Shown piece by piece: positions 12,930 through 24,786 of a DNA stretch of 64,000 bases (positions are counted from its first letter, which is position 1; each line of letters opens with the position of its first letter). The notes beneath the pieces are model-generated. The model was not told the DNA's origin and did not search any database. It saw only the letters and a list, made by a program, of their open reading frames with translations. Origin of the DNA: Eledone cirrhosa (Eukaryota); contig OZ024741.1 of the NCBI GenBank assembly GCA_964016885.1, positions 278,070,001 to 278,134,000 of the forward strand, written 5' to 3'. A program made the translations under genes and the position numbers.

Positions 12930-13430
12930 ATTAAACAAAAGCAATGTAAAATGTTGGTACCTCTATTGACAACAAAGGGTTTTAGAGTGAAGGGTAGACT
13001 GTACAATGCCTGCATGAAAACTGCAATGCTACATGGCAGTTAGACATGAGTCTTGGCTGCAGAAGACCTGCAGAGACTGGAAAAAAATGAAATAAGTATG
13101 CTCTGGTGGATGTGTAATGTTAGTGTGTATGAATGGTGTAGCATAAGGGAGCTGAGATAAAAACTCTGCAAAAAAGCTATCTTATGCAGTGTGTTAGAGA
13201 GAAGATTGGAATGATATGGACATGATGCATGTGGAAGATGAAGGCTATAGAAAGAAATGCAGAGAAATCTAGGTGGTTGGGTCTCATGGAAGAGGCTGAC
13301 CCATGAAGACATGGGACGAAGTAGTGAAGAGCGATTCAGGAAGCCGAATCTCATGACAGATGACAAAGGACAGCACAGACTGGCAACATGATACTGGATT
13401 GCCAGCATAAGAATATGACTTGACCCATCC
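12930..13430 (+). mobile_element. Old RTE 3' fragment of the same lineage as the young family
   Basis: TKGFRVKGRLYNACMKTAMLHGS...LQRLEKNEISMLWWMCN aligns to [25 protein letters not shown]...[15 protein letters not shown]. Confidence 0.85.
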
Positions 13431-13711
13431 CTCCATCACAGCTTAGTAACAATTCTGACCATCACTACATCCCACTTTAACCCTTTAGTATTTAAACTGA
13501 CCATATCTGGCCAGAATTCTCTCACCTCTTTCTGTTCAAACCAGCTGTAACCAGCCACTCATACTGATGTTATGGTATTATTCTCAAAATAAATAATATC
13601 AAAATCGAATAGATTCGATATTATGTGAGATAATTCATCATCATCATCATCTTCGTTTAATGTCCATCTTCCACGCTAGCATAAGATAAAGCCTTTATCA
13701 CAAAAACTCAA

Positions 13712-13939
13712 TCTCCTTATAACATATAACCAGCAATTTCTGTCTGTCTGTCCGACAGTGGAAACACGTGCGCGCGTGCGAATGTTTTTTGCGCACGCGT
13801 AGAGAGAGAGTGAGAGTGAAAGAAAGAGACAGACTACAAGAGGGGGATAGCGGGAGGGGGAGAGAGGGGGATGGCGGGAGGGAGAGAGGGGAGAATTGAG
13901 GAGTGCTACAGAAACATATATACATTTCTGTGTGTTGTA

Positions 13940-13978
<39 letters not shown>

Positions 13979-14100
13979 TATATATATATATATATATACA
14001 CACAGAAATATATATACACACACAGAAATATATATACATTTCTGTGTGTAATATATATATATACTAGCAGAAAACCACCCGTTGGGCGGTTTTCTGCTAG
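13712..14100 (+). mobile_element. Non-autonomous Helitron with internal microsatellites
   Basis: A|TCTCCTTATAA start, CTGT repeats, ends in the hairpin ACTAGCAGAAAACCACCCGTTGGGCGGTTTTCTGCTAG. Confidence 0.65.
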
Positions 14101-14899
14101 TCTATATATATAAAACTGAGGATGTCTGTCTGTGTGTGTGTGAGTTTGAATCCCTAAAACTCAAGAAGCACCAAACCGACTGTTTTCAAACTTTACACAT
14201 GTAATACTTGTTTCAGCGAGTGTTCTGAGCAAAAAAAAAATTTCAAATTTTCAATGACCTAGGGACCGCATAAGGCGATTTAGCGATCTCTCTCTATAAT
14301 TCTTAGTCTTTCTCTTTTTAGATAGATAAATACATATAACGTCGCGCTCTTATAATATCTGTCTGTGTGTGTGTGTGTCTGAGTTTGAATCCCTAAAACT
14401 CGAGAAGTACCCAACCGACTTTTTTCAAACTTTACATGTGTAGTACTTATGCTTCAACTTTTTGATCCCCTAGGACCCGCATTAGGTGAAAAACTGCGTT
14501 TTTTCAGGTATTTAGGGTTTTTTTGAGGTGTTACGTCAGACCGATTTCCTTGAAATTGTAACTATGTATTAGTCAGTCTCTTCATACTGTGAGCAAAGAA
14601 AATACAACTTTTTTATGGCCTAAGGCCCGCATTCAGTGAAAAACCCTTTTCAGCTTTTTTTTCCCGAAATTTCAACGTATATTATGCACATAAAAAAACT
14701 CCTATTCTTGATCCCCTAGGTGAAAACCTGCATTTTTCCTGTTTCATCGAGGAAAATCTTAAAGATTATCCAGCCATCAGAGTATTCGGTTTATTTTCTT
14801 TACATATTGTCCAGGCATGGAGTTTTTCCACGATTAGGTCTGCTGGCGGCCCGCGTTCCAAAATACCTTATCCTGTGCAACGCCGGGTACCACTGCTAG
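14101..14899 (+). mobile_element. Non-autonomous Helitron with duplicated 5' module
   Basis: TCTATATATATAAAACTGAGG...CCTGTGCAACGCCGGG-TACCACTG-CTAG|T; the 5' module (GAGTTTGAATCCCTAAAACTC) occurs at ~14140 and ~14380. Confidence 0.88.
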
Positions 14900-15127
14900 T
14901 AGTATATATAGAGTAATGTAAATGCTAAAGGGTTAACTAGGATAATCCTACCCACATCTCCCAGCCCTCTCATCACTTTGTTAAATCCCACTATACACAT
15001 AATCCATGACCCATGACATCATACTTGTGATTCTCCACCACCTCCTTACTCTATTGTCAATTACCTATGATATACTTATCTTTCTTACCCATTCCCTATC
15101 CTACCCCTCTACCTTCACACACACAGG

Positions 15128-15437
15128 GCACAGAGGCTCCCATGACTTTCGGAAACATTTTTTCACGCTTAGAGTTGCTGTAGCATGGAACAAACTGCCT
15201 GCATCAGTTGTTAGCTGCCAAGACACTGCATCCTTTAAAACCCTCATGCTTCCCGAAATTCGCCAAAACTACACCTGATGTCCCCCTTCCTTACACATGC
15301 ACACACGTATATCATGACTCCTGCACTGTTCATTTTCTTGACGTTTGTACATTACTCTATGTACTATACATACACTTTTGATGAGTTGTAGTGCACCTGA
15401 GCACTGTACACAATATTTTCATTATTATTATTATTAT
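15128..15437 (+). mobile_element. CR1/L2-group LINE 3' end with (ATT)n tail
   Basis: RKHFFTLRVAVAWNKLPASVVSCQDTASFK is the canonical CR1/L2 ORF2 C-terminus. Confidence 0.85.
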
Positions 15438-15583
15438 CATCATAGGTCACCCCTACCCCACCCTGTCTGAGGCTCTAATTACATATTGACCTGGTCTGTG
15501 AAAACTCATCCAATCATTGTTAGAAGGGAAAACCCGACATTAAAAGACAATTCTCTGTACATCTAAAACACACACACACACAC

Positions 15584-15913
15584 ATCATTTCATTTTTACG
15601 TCCGCTTTTTCCCTGCTTGCAAGGGTGGGACGAGAACTGATTCTGGCTTGATTTCTACAGCTGGATGCCCTTCCTAACACCAACCTCATTTACAGTGAGT
15701 GCTGGATGCTTTTTTGCCGTGGCACCTCCACGACCACTTTACAGTGGAATGATATGGACCCCAGTCCCTATCATCTCATTTCTACAGCTGAGTAAACTGG
15801 AGCAATGTGAAATAAAGTGTCTTGCTCAAGGAAACAACACATCACCTGGTCTGAGATTTGAACTCACAACCTTTCGATTGCAAGGCCAATGCTCTAACCA
15901 CTAAGCCATGTGC
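15584..15913 (-). mobile_element. SINE family 2, near full-length
   Basis: Near-identical to 6875-7228. Confidence 0.9.
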
Positions 15914-16092
15914 ACATATATAAATAAATGCATATGTTCAATGACGAAGGACGGTGACAAGTGGAGAGATGCTGTGCTGAATAAGACCCATCCCACCCTT
16001 GCAAGCAGGGAAAAGCGGACGTAAAATGATAATGATGATGATACATCTCTCTTCCTATATCAATCACTACATATCTATTTATCTATACACAT

Positions 16093-16427
16093 GGAGGCAC
16101 ATGTTTGAGTGGTTAGAGCATTGGCCTTGCAATCGAAAGGTTGTGAGTTCAATTCTCAGACCGGGTGATGTGTTGTTTCCTTGAGCAAGACACTTTATTT
16201 CACATTGCTCCAGTTTACTCAGCTGTAGAAATGAGATGATAGGGACTGGGATCCCTATCATTCCACTGTAAAGTGGTCGTGGAGGTGCCATGGCAAAAAA
16301 AGCACCCAGCACTCACTGTAAATGAGGTTGGTGTTAGGAAGGGCATCCAGCTGTAGAAATCAAGCCAGAATCAGTTCCCGTCCCACCCTTGCAAGCAGGG
16401 AAAAGTGGAAGTAAAATGATGATGATG
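16093..16427 (+). mobile_element. SINE family 2, full-length, (GAT)n tail
   Basis: Reverse complement of 15584-15913 and 6875-7228; A and B boxes recognisable. Confidence 0.9.
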
Positions 16428-16855
16428 ACACATGCATGTACCCATATCACACACACATCACTATATACCTACACACACTTGCACACCTTTACCACAAACA
16501 TACACAAGCTGTCCATATAAACATACACAAGCTGTCCATATAAGCACACACAACTCTCCTATATCTTTTTATCTATACACATGTGCATTCACCCATACCA
16601 CACACGCTCACATCTCTAAATCTACACACAGCTCTCTCTCTCTTCCATAAATAGTTATTTACACATGCACACGCACCCATACCACATATATATATACACA
16701 CACAAAAGCTTATTATTCTAGTATGAGGGCAGTTTCAATAGACAAACAATTATTAACAATAGACAGGCTGTTGACAACTATTTAGCTGTCCCATTACACA
16801 GACAGACAGGCAACTCATCAGCTGTGTTGAATACTTCAAACACCACCCAGTCACT

Positions 16856-17080
16856 TAGTAGAGGCTGTAGTAATAGTGGTAGTATAATAGAGTAGCAGAG
16901 GCTGTAGTAGTAGTGGAGGCTGTAGTAGCAGTAGTACAGCAATACAGTAGTAGAGGCTGTAGTAGCAGTAGTACAGCAATACAGTAGTAGAGGCCATAAT
17001 AGTACACATTAGTATTAGTGGTATAGTAATAGACTAGTATAGGCAATAGCAGTGGTACTACACTGTCACACATTAGTAGT
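16856..17080. repeat. Cryptic (GTA)n-based simple repeat
   Basis: Repeated GAGGCTGTAGTAGCAGTAGTACAGCAATACAGTAGTA motifs. Confidence 0.75.
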
Positions 17081-17684
17081 GGGGAGTTTCCAACTCTTGA
17101 GCCTCCTCCATAAAACAGGACTCCTCAAGATGCAGTCCAGCAATGTCAATGTTTCCCCTTGAAATTTGATTGACAAGGCAAAGCTTAAGTGTACTGGAAA
17201 CTGATGCCTTCAAAACAAAATGCCACATCTCTCCTGCCACTGCTTAGCCATGATTGATCTAAATTATACAGCAGCATTAGTGGCAAGAATGTTTTTAGTT
17301 GAAGCTTATGTGGTGGGCAGACCTGAAGGTTCTGAACAGTATTGCAGGAGAGCGGACTACTTCTTCCGGATCCACAACAATGCCTATTGAATTGTAGCTA
17401 TGGTTATTTTCTGGGAGTGTCTACAATAGTAGCCAATTGAGGCTGTTGACCGGAGCATTTGTGTGCAAGTATTGCTCTTTCGCAGCCACTTGTTGCATTA
17501 ATCGTGTCCAAATCCAAATTACCCAAGACACCTCCAACAAGATATACATTGGAGGAGGCCAACTAAACCTGCATAAGTGTGAGCTGTCACACACAAATCC
17601 AAAAGGAGCTTGAAAGCAGAATGTGCTGTACCCACCCCTAATCTGCAAGGGATGTGGTGGCAACACTTGAAGAAGCAACCACAG

Positions 17685-17842
17685 AAGCTACACCTTTATG
17701 TTGACAACCTGCAAGGGGTGTGTGCTGGCAATAATTAAGTAAACAAACGCAAAAGCTACACCTTTATGTTGACAACCTGCAAGGGGTGTGTGCTGGCAAT
17801 AATTAAGTAAACAAACGCAAAAGCTACACCTTTATGTTAACA
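17685..17842. repeat. 68-bp tandem repeat (~2.3 copies)
   Basis: CTACACCTTTATGTT starts at 17688, 17756 and 17824; a degenerate precursor unit lies just upstream. Confidence 0.9.
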
Positions 17843-18777
17843 AGCTTTTAGACAATTTATTCCATTAGGAATTTGGTTAAAAAGGTATTTGGTTTTTTTT
17901 TAATGTTAAATTTTACAAATTTTTTTTTCTTTTTTCAATTCATCTTTCTAGTTTCTGATAATAATCAAAGCATAAAAATCAGAAGACCTTTTAACTCTTA
18001 AAAGATACCAGTCAAAACCAGTTTTAATTCTATGATACAAAATCCCCCATTTTCCTATTTAGATTAAAACTTTTCAACATAATTTTATATAAGAACATTT
18101 TCTTATGTTTCAAATACAATCTTAATGAACTTATAATTTTAGTAAATCCTTCTGAAATTGATTAATCCAATCCAGGGCCTTCTCACTCCTGTTGGAGGAA
18201 CCCCTCCCTGGTTGACATCCACCACTCTCTCTTTGTTTTGGTCAGTAGAGCAGCTGTACTCACCACATTTGGCCAATTGCAGGTTGGTGAGGCTATTTAA
18301 CCCATAGTTGGGGTGGATGGCCATTGACTCTGGAGTTCATCTGGCTTTTTTGCAGCTGGAGTTCCACTTACTCTCCCACCAGACCAAGTGGGGGAGCCGG
18401 TTTAGCAGGCAGAAGCCTGACTTGACATAATTAAAATACAAAATATTTCATTTGAAATACAGTAACGAAAGGGTAAAGCAATTGTAGTGAAACATTTCAG
18501 ATGACAATTCAACTGGAATGGAATTTAACTTAGCTCTCACTGTCCTATACTGAAGTTGATATCTCTAGAGCTTAATATTTGGTCATGGGTATTAACCACA
18601 GTTGTTATGGTAACTACACACTTTTATTTTTCCTGATACCTCTCTCTCTCTCTCACATATTTATATGAAACCCTCATTTACTTCTTTCCAAGCTTGAAAT
18701 TAATAAGACTGTGTTTTTGCAGCATCTCTGTGTTTGTCTTGTTTATTCTTGAACTATAATAAATATATATATATATA

Positions 18778-19551
18778 CTAGCCGAATTACCCGCACCTTG
18801 CTGCGTTTCACACATTTTTTTTTGTAAGAAAATGATGATTGATTTTAAATCAGTGATATAATTTATGGAGAAAAACTCTGCATTTCAATATTACTCAATG
18901 TAAAATGTAATGCATGAAAAATTGGAAAACATTATTTTTTGTCAAATCCCGCCGAAGTTAACTTTGCCTTTCATCCCTACGGGGTCGATAAAATAAAGTA
19001 CCAGTAATGCACTGGGTAATTGCTGGCCTTGTGCCAAAAAGTAGAAACAATTTTTTGTAATATATCAAATCAAAATTACATTATTAAATCTTATTCTTAT
19101 TTTGTTTCTTGTAAATAATTTTTTTAAAAATACTAATTCAAAACTTTTGTGAATAGGCATCATATTTTGTCATTTCCCTGATTTGAATTGCATATAAATC
19201 GAAGGGGAAAAATGTTCAGTGGGGGGTTTGTGCCTCTGGGGAACTCTAATAGGGGATTTAACCCTCATTAGGGTGCCTTAATATTATTGAAATTTGCTGA
19301 AATGTTGTGAATAGGCATCATATCTTGTCATTTACCTATGGTTTAAATTTCATATAAATTGAAGGGAAAACATTTTCAGTGGGGGTTTTGTGCCCCCGGG
19401 GAACCCTTTAATTAAAATGAAATATACTTAGCCAAGTACCCTGGGCAATGTAATTTCAGAATATATATGGTTATGGGGGGTCTATCTCCAAAACCATAGG
19501 AGTAGTTCATGAACAAACAAACAGACAGGAATACAACTTTATATATATAGA
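18778..19551 (-). mobile_element. Non-autonomous Helitron carrying a truncated SINE family 1 (~18943-19050)
   Basis: Minus strand A|TCTATATATATAAAAG...CGCAGCAAGGTGCG-GGTAATTCGG-CTAG|T; internal direct repeat at ~19150-19250 and ~19308-19410. Confidence 0.82.
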
Positions 19552-19552
19552 T

Positions 19553-20072
19553 ATATTTCTTTATTTGCCACAAGGGCACACAAGAAAAGGGGACAATACA
19601 AAGACATATGCCGGGGATTTTACATACAATCGTATAAAAAAAATTTTTTTATAAATAAATCCAACAATCAAAATCCCCAATAGGGGGGGAGGCGTTACAA
19701 ATGGGTTGTTTTATACCCCGTAGATAGTACAACCCTCAACTCCAGGAGCATGTTGTGCAAGTGCTCCTTTCTTCATTTTGCTATCTTCTTCAACCTACAG
19801 GTTTATATACAGAGAAGGCCCAATCACTCAGGCCATTTTTGCTACATTCACCCACTTTTCAGTAAATTTGCTGGGGTGCAGTACCTCTCTCTCTCCACTC
19901 TGATTCTCCTTCTAAAGTGGTACCTAAAGAAGGGAATGAGTTGTTGTCCAGAGAGAAAGGCATCTGTCCTCAGTCTTCTCAATCTTGTCCACCATAAAAC
20001 CTCTTTTACCAGAGAGGAAAAAGTGATAGGAAATCTAGCTGTAAAAAGCTTGCTAAACAAAGGGATGGGAGG
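19553..20072 (-). mobile_element. LINE 3' fragment, probably L1/Tx1 clade
   Basis: KEVLWWTRL...LIPFFRYHFRRRIRVERE (IW..R-type C-terminus), 3' UTR ending CCCTTGTGGCAAATAAAGAAA; the same terminus occurs at ~6593-6617. Confidence 0.6.
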
Positions 20073-20419
20073 ACACTAGAGAGGTTGTCATGTCAATGAC
20101 ATGACAACCTCTCTAGTGTTGGTGATCTACATGATAAACACATCCAGTACACACTGTAAAGTGGTTGTATCAATCATCATCATCATTAGACGTCCGCCTT
20201 TCTCTGCTTGCAAGTGTGGCCACTGACCTCCCAGCCTGGCTTCAGTACTGACTTGGTCTATGTAGACTCATCCAATCCTTGCTAGCAGAGAAAGTGGACG
20301 TTAAATGATGATGATAATGATGAAACACACATGTGGCATATTATAGCTGATTACATGGTATATGATTAGTAAAATAGTTAAAATCAGGAAGAAGAATGAT
20401 TATAAAAATGAAAGGAGTT

Positions 20420-20830
20420 GATCAGCAGATCGAACCAAGAAAACAATGTTTCCATTAGTCTTTCCATTGCTAGTATTATTTGCTGGTTGCAACACCTGCC
20501 AGAAGAAAGGAGTTGATTGCCAGATCGGACCAAGGAAACAAAGTTGCCATTGGTCCTTCCATTGTTGATTGTCAAATCAGACCATGGAAACAATGTTTCC
20601 ATTGGTCATTGCATTGCTGATTGCCAGATTGAACCAAGGAAACAAAGTTGCCATTCGTCTTTCCATTGTTGATTGTCAAATCAGACCAAGGAAACAATGT
20701 TTCCATTGGTCATTGCATTGCTGATTGCCAGATCGGACCAAGGAAACAAAGTTGCCATTCGTCTTTCCATTGCTGATATTATCTGCCAGTCACAACTCCT
20801 GACAGAAGGAGGCAGGATCTGAACTCAGAA
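20420..20830. repeat. ~50-55-bp tandem array (104-bp dimer) amplified from a SINE segment
   Basis: CAGATCGGACCAAGGAAACAA units at ~20427, 20521, 20576, 20626, 20680 and 20730; single-copy homologue at ~2858-2945. Confidence 0.8.
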
Positions 20831-21237
20831 CATACAGAACTGGATTGGACTTCACAATACATCCTGTTTGACTCTTTAACAATTTCACCATTGTTGGACT
20901 GGTTCATTATCTATCGAGCCTGATAGCATGCGAGGTAAAAATTGACTCCTGGTGGGATTTGAACTCAGAATGTAGAGAGCCAGAACTAATCCTGCTGCTC
21001 TACCATCTCTGCTAAGATGATAACTGAGCCTGCAGATCTGGCATTGGGTGAGTAGATTGCACGTAAATGACGCAATAAATATATCCACAGCATTACCGGA
21101 CAGTGCACAAGATAGAAACATCTAGAAAGATAACATATTTCACATCTGAACCATCAGTATTAGCATGAGGGTGGGGTAGGAGGGAATAGACATAAAATTG
21201 AGGATGGTATTTCAAACAATCATCATTATTAGTTTTA

Positions 21238-21440
21238 TAGAGTGTCGAACAACCTGCTTTGCAGCATAGTTACGACCCTTTGCATACTGAGTTCAAATCC
21301 AACTGAGGTTAGCTTTACCTTTCATCCATTACGGGGTCGATAAAATAAAGCACCAGTAATGTACTGGGGGTTAATTTAATCGACTTTCTCTTCCTCCTTC
21401 AAATTACTGGCCTTGCGCCTAAAGAAGAAACAATTATTAG
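21238..21440 (+). mobile_element. SINE family 1 copy
   Basis: GAGTTCAAATCC...GTTAGCTTTACCTTTCATCC...GGGGTCGATAAAATAAAGCACCAG. Confidence 0.8.
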
Positions 21441-21695
21441 TTTTATAGATAATTTATGTTAGAAGGGGTGATTCAGACTCCCAATATACCTCAATTTGTT
21501 TGGTTGTCATTTTACATCCAACTCTTCATCATCTATGTATTTAGATATTTTTCAATGTAGACAATACTATTGCAGCTGGTTGCACTCAGACATCTTATCC
21601 AATAGATAGCTGCATAAGAATATTGTCCTTGGCTCATATGATATATACTATCTAGTTTAACTTGTACAAGCAGTAATTAGGTAACATTTTTATAT

Positions 21696-21833
21696 AGAAT
21701 TTTTTAATTCTATAGACCAGACCATGTTCACACTAGGCAATATCTATGATAGAATTTCTTAATTCTATAGACCAGACCATGTTCACACCAGGCAGAATCT
21801 ATGATTAAGTTGGGGGGGGGGGGGGGGGGGGGG
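21696..21833. repeat. ~55-bp tandem duplication followed by a G22 run
   Basis: TAATTCTATAGACCAGACCATGTTCACAC occurs twice; G run at 21812-21833. Confidence 0.85.
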
Positions 21834-22164
21834 ATTAAGAAAATGCAGTGAGTCAAAAATAATTTTTTATCATTTGAAATAATTACATTCACTCTGAGTC
21901 TTTAACGATAATGACAATTTTTTGTCGAAAAAGATCAAGGGAGAAATTTCTGGAATTTAAATTGATTAAAAATTAAATGGAGATATGCAACGAGGAGAGA
22001 AGTGTGTAACCATTAATAAGTACAGTGACAACGTCAGGCACGTTTCAATCTTAGTACTATACTCTACCGAGAAGGTCTAATAGCACGTGCTTACCAGAAC
22101 ATAAAACAAGCACTAGAAATTTTGTTATATGGATAGTCCCCTCCCTCAAACTCTATAGTCTTTG

Positions 22165-22830
22165 TTGGATCACCAACCACTTTACAGAGTGTACTGGGTG
22201 CATTTTATTGTAGAACCAGCACTAGCAATTGACAGGATGTACTAAGTGTATTTTATTGTGGTCCTATCATTAGTCATTTTACATGGGTACTAGAAGTATT
22301 TTATTGTGGCATCAGTCCTTTACAGAATGTGCAGAGTATGTTTTATCATGGCATCAGCCTTAGAGTGGTTATGGAGAGCACTCTACTTTTTACAGTCTCT
22401 GTCCAATCACCACCCACTTTACAGAGTGTCCTGGGAGTATTCTACCATGACACCAACAGAGTGGTTGTCAAATGCTCAGCTAAGTTGAACACTCCTCTCT
22501 ACCTTATATTGTCTCTGTTCAATCACCATCCACTTTACAGAGCGTACTGGGTGCATTCTACCATGACACCAACAGAGTGGTTGTCATATGCTCAGCTCAG
22601 TTGAACACTCCTCTCTACCTTATATTGTCTCGGTTCAATCACCATCCACTTTACAGAGCGTACTGGGTGCATTCTACCATGCCACCAACACTGGAGAAGT
22701 TATCTTGACAGAACAAGAAGATTCTCTCTCTGCTGTTTCTGTCTGTTCATCCACCAGTTTAAATGGAGAGAAGCGTTGGGCGATACTGAGTGTGTTCTAT
22801 TGTGACACTGACACAAGGGAGGCTGTCTTG
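22165..22830. repeat. Array of RTE/SINE 3'-UTR-derived modules including a 116-bp tandem repeat
   Basis: TCTACCATG.CACCAAC at 22441, 22557 and 22673; CCACTTTACAGAG.GTACTGGGTGCATT recurs. Confidence 0.8.
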
Positions 22831-24099
22831 TCCACTTGAGGCTAAAGGGAAATCTCCATATAGACTCCAGTTTCTCATCGTATTTACTTTTAGTGTCACA
22901 GTGCTTGGAGACACTATTATACTATCATCATCATCATCATCATAATTTAACATCCTGTTTTCCCTGCTAGCAAGGGTTGGATGGGTCGTCAAAGACCGAG
23001 ACGGTACACAAACGGAGCCATGGGGCCACAGACTTGCTAGATGGCAGTGTATTTTGTTAGAAATACATTAAGAAAATGGTTAAACTCATAATGTAATCCA
23101 AGTAGTTCCTTTAGAGTTAACGCATCCCTCAAGTAGTTATAAAAAACACAGATCATCCACATGCTGGTAATTATTCCTTTGCTATGAAGCTTTACTTGCT
23201 GGTCTTACTAAATTTAATATGAAAACTAATTAAAATATATCAGATGGATAGAATATGATGAGCTGATAAAACAGATACAAAAAAAAAAAAGCCCAGATGG
23301 TTGCTTCTCGCAATAAACTAACTCTTCTGAAAATTTAGTAATGATGCAGACATGATGGTTTGGTTAAGGAGTTCACTTTTGCAACAAGGTTTCAGATAAA
23401 CCCCCACTGTCACACATTGAGCAAGTATCTCCACCTGTGGCCTCAGGTTGACTAATGCTCTGTGAGTGAAATTTGGTAGATAGAAACTACAAAAACCTAT
23501 TATACATATATACACACACACACATATATATATGCATGCATCCATCCATAACTTTTAATTGGGGCGCTGTAGTGGCATACAGTATTTCTTGGGCATTTTA
23601 AACCTGGCAGAGCTCATCTCCTCTCCAGGTTTGAACACAGTTGATTTCTTCCAGAGAAAGACAGAACAAATGAGAATCGACCCCAGTACTGGACTGGTCC
23701 TTTTTTTATCTACCACGGCTGGATAAAAGGTGAAGTTGACCTTGGTGGAATTTGAACTTAGAGAGCAGAGAGTCAGAATAAATACTGCAAAGCATTCTAT
23801 CTATCCAATATTCTTATGACTCTGCCAATTTGCCACCTAACTAAACTTAGAATCATTTGCAAAACTTAAAAATATTTACAATTCTACAACAAATAATCAC
23901 TAATATCAACGTCTCACTCTTCATAACTTCTCATTTACTTTGAAATCTATAGTCAAGAATCTCAATAATAATATGCCACATGTGTTTGTATATTTATATA
24001 TCTGTCTGTAACTCTTTAAAATTTACACACACACACAGTTATGTTGCTACAATAAGAAGTTTGCTTTCTAATCACAAGGTACTGAGTTTTAACTGAAAC

Positions 24100-24395
24100 G
24101 ACACAGACACCCCCTAAATCCATAAATCGGCAGGACTGTCATCCTTGAGCCCCTAGGGATTGCTGAAAATGACAATCTTCAACAGAAATAGACTGTGGTC
24201 AGGCCTATAATTCCATCAGCAGTTGGAATTATAGGCCTGACCACAGGTGAAGCTAATTGCCAAGGCTTGGCAATTAGCTTCACCACACTAAACAAAACCA
24301 CACACAGACATCCCCTAAATTCTCAAATCTGTGGGACCATTATCCTTGACCCCCTACCAAGGGATTGCTGACAAGGACATTTAAAAGACTGTGTT
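24100..24395. repeat. Diverged ~90-bp direct repeats enclosing two abutting perfect palindromes
   Basis: CACAGACA.CCCCTAAAT...ATCCTTGA.CCCCTA...GGGATTGCTGA...AGACTGTG occurs twice; hairpins at 24193-24246 and 24246-24284. Confidence 0.85.
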
Positions 24396-24786
24396 CAAAA
24401 CAAAGTCTTTCTTTGTTTCCTCATGACAATAGCCAATTTGACACTTGACACCTTGCCAACTGGTACATTAGCAGTTGGTTGAATGACTTTCTGAAGTTAG
24501 TGTTACAGATATTAAATTCATGTTTCACCCACCACTATAGGAACTTCATTCATTTTTCATTACTCATTCTATTGCCTTCTAAAAATTGCTGGTTACAATT
24601 ATTCTATATACATTTCTGTTTTATATAGTTTTTTCTTGCTCAGACTTAGTGAAATCAGTCCTTGTTACATGCAGAGTTTATTACTGAAGCATTTTATCAC
24701 TCACCATTGAGGAAACCTGTATTTGCTTAGTTAAGCTGCTAGAAAAATCAGCCAAATCTCCCCCAACTTACACCATGCCAGGGAAG

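Larger units (their letters stand above)
13477..14936. mobile_element. piggyBac-type MITE expanded by nested insertions
   Basis: TTAA-CCCTTTAGTATTT at 13477 and AAATGCTAAAGGG-TTAA ending 14936 (13-bp TIR, 1 mismatch, TTAA TSD); two Helitrons lie inside. Confidence 0.7.

Noticed and set aside
16093-16170. tRNA gene
   Set aside because: It is a tRNA-like A/B-box head continuous with a SINE body and tail, and it is multi-copy.
17100-17680. Host exon or LINE remnant
   Set aside because: There are multiple stops and only faint hints (e.g. VARM); it cannot be assigned.
17991-18478. Second piggyBac-like MITE
   Set aside because: The ends TTAACTCTT / AAAGGGTAAA are too degenerate to support the call.
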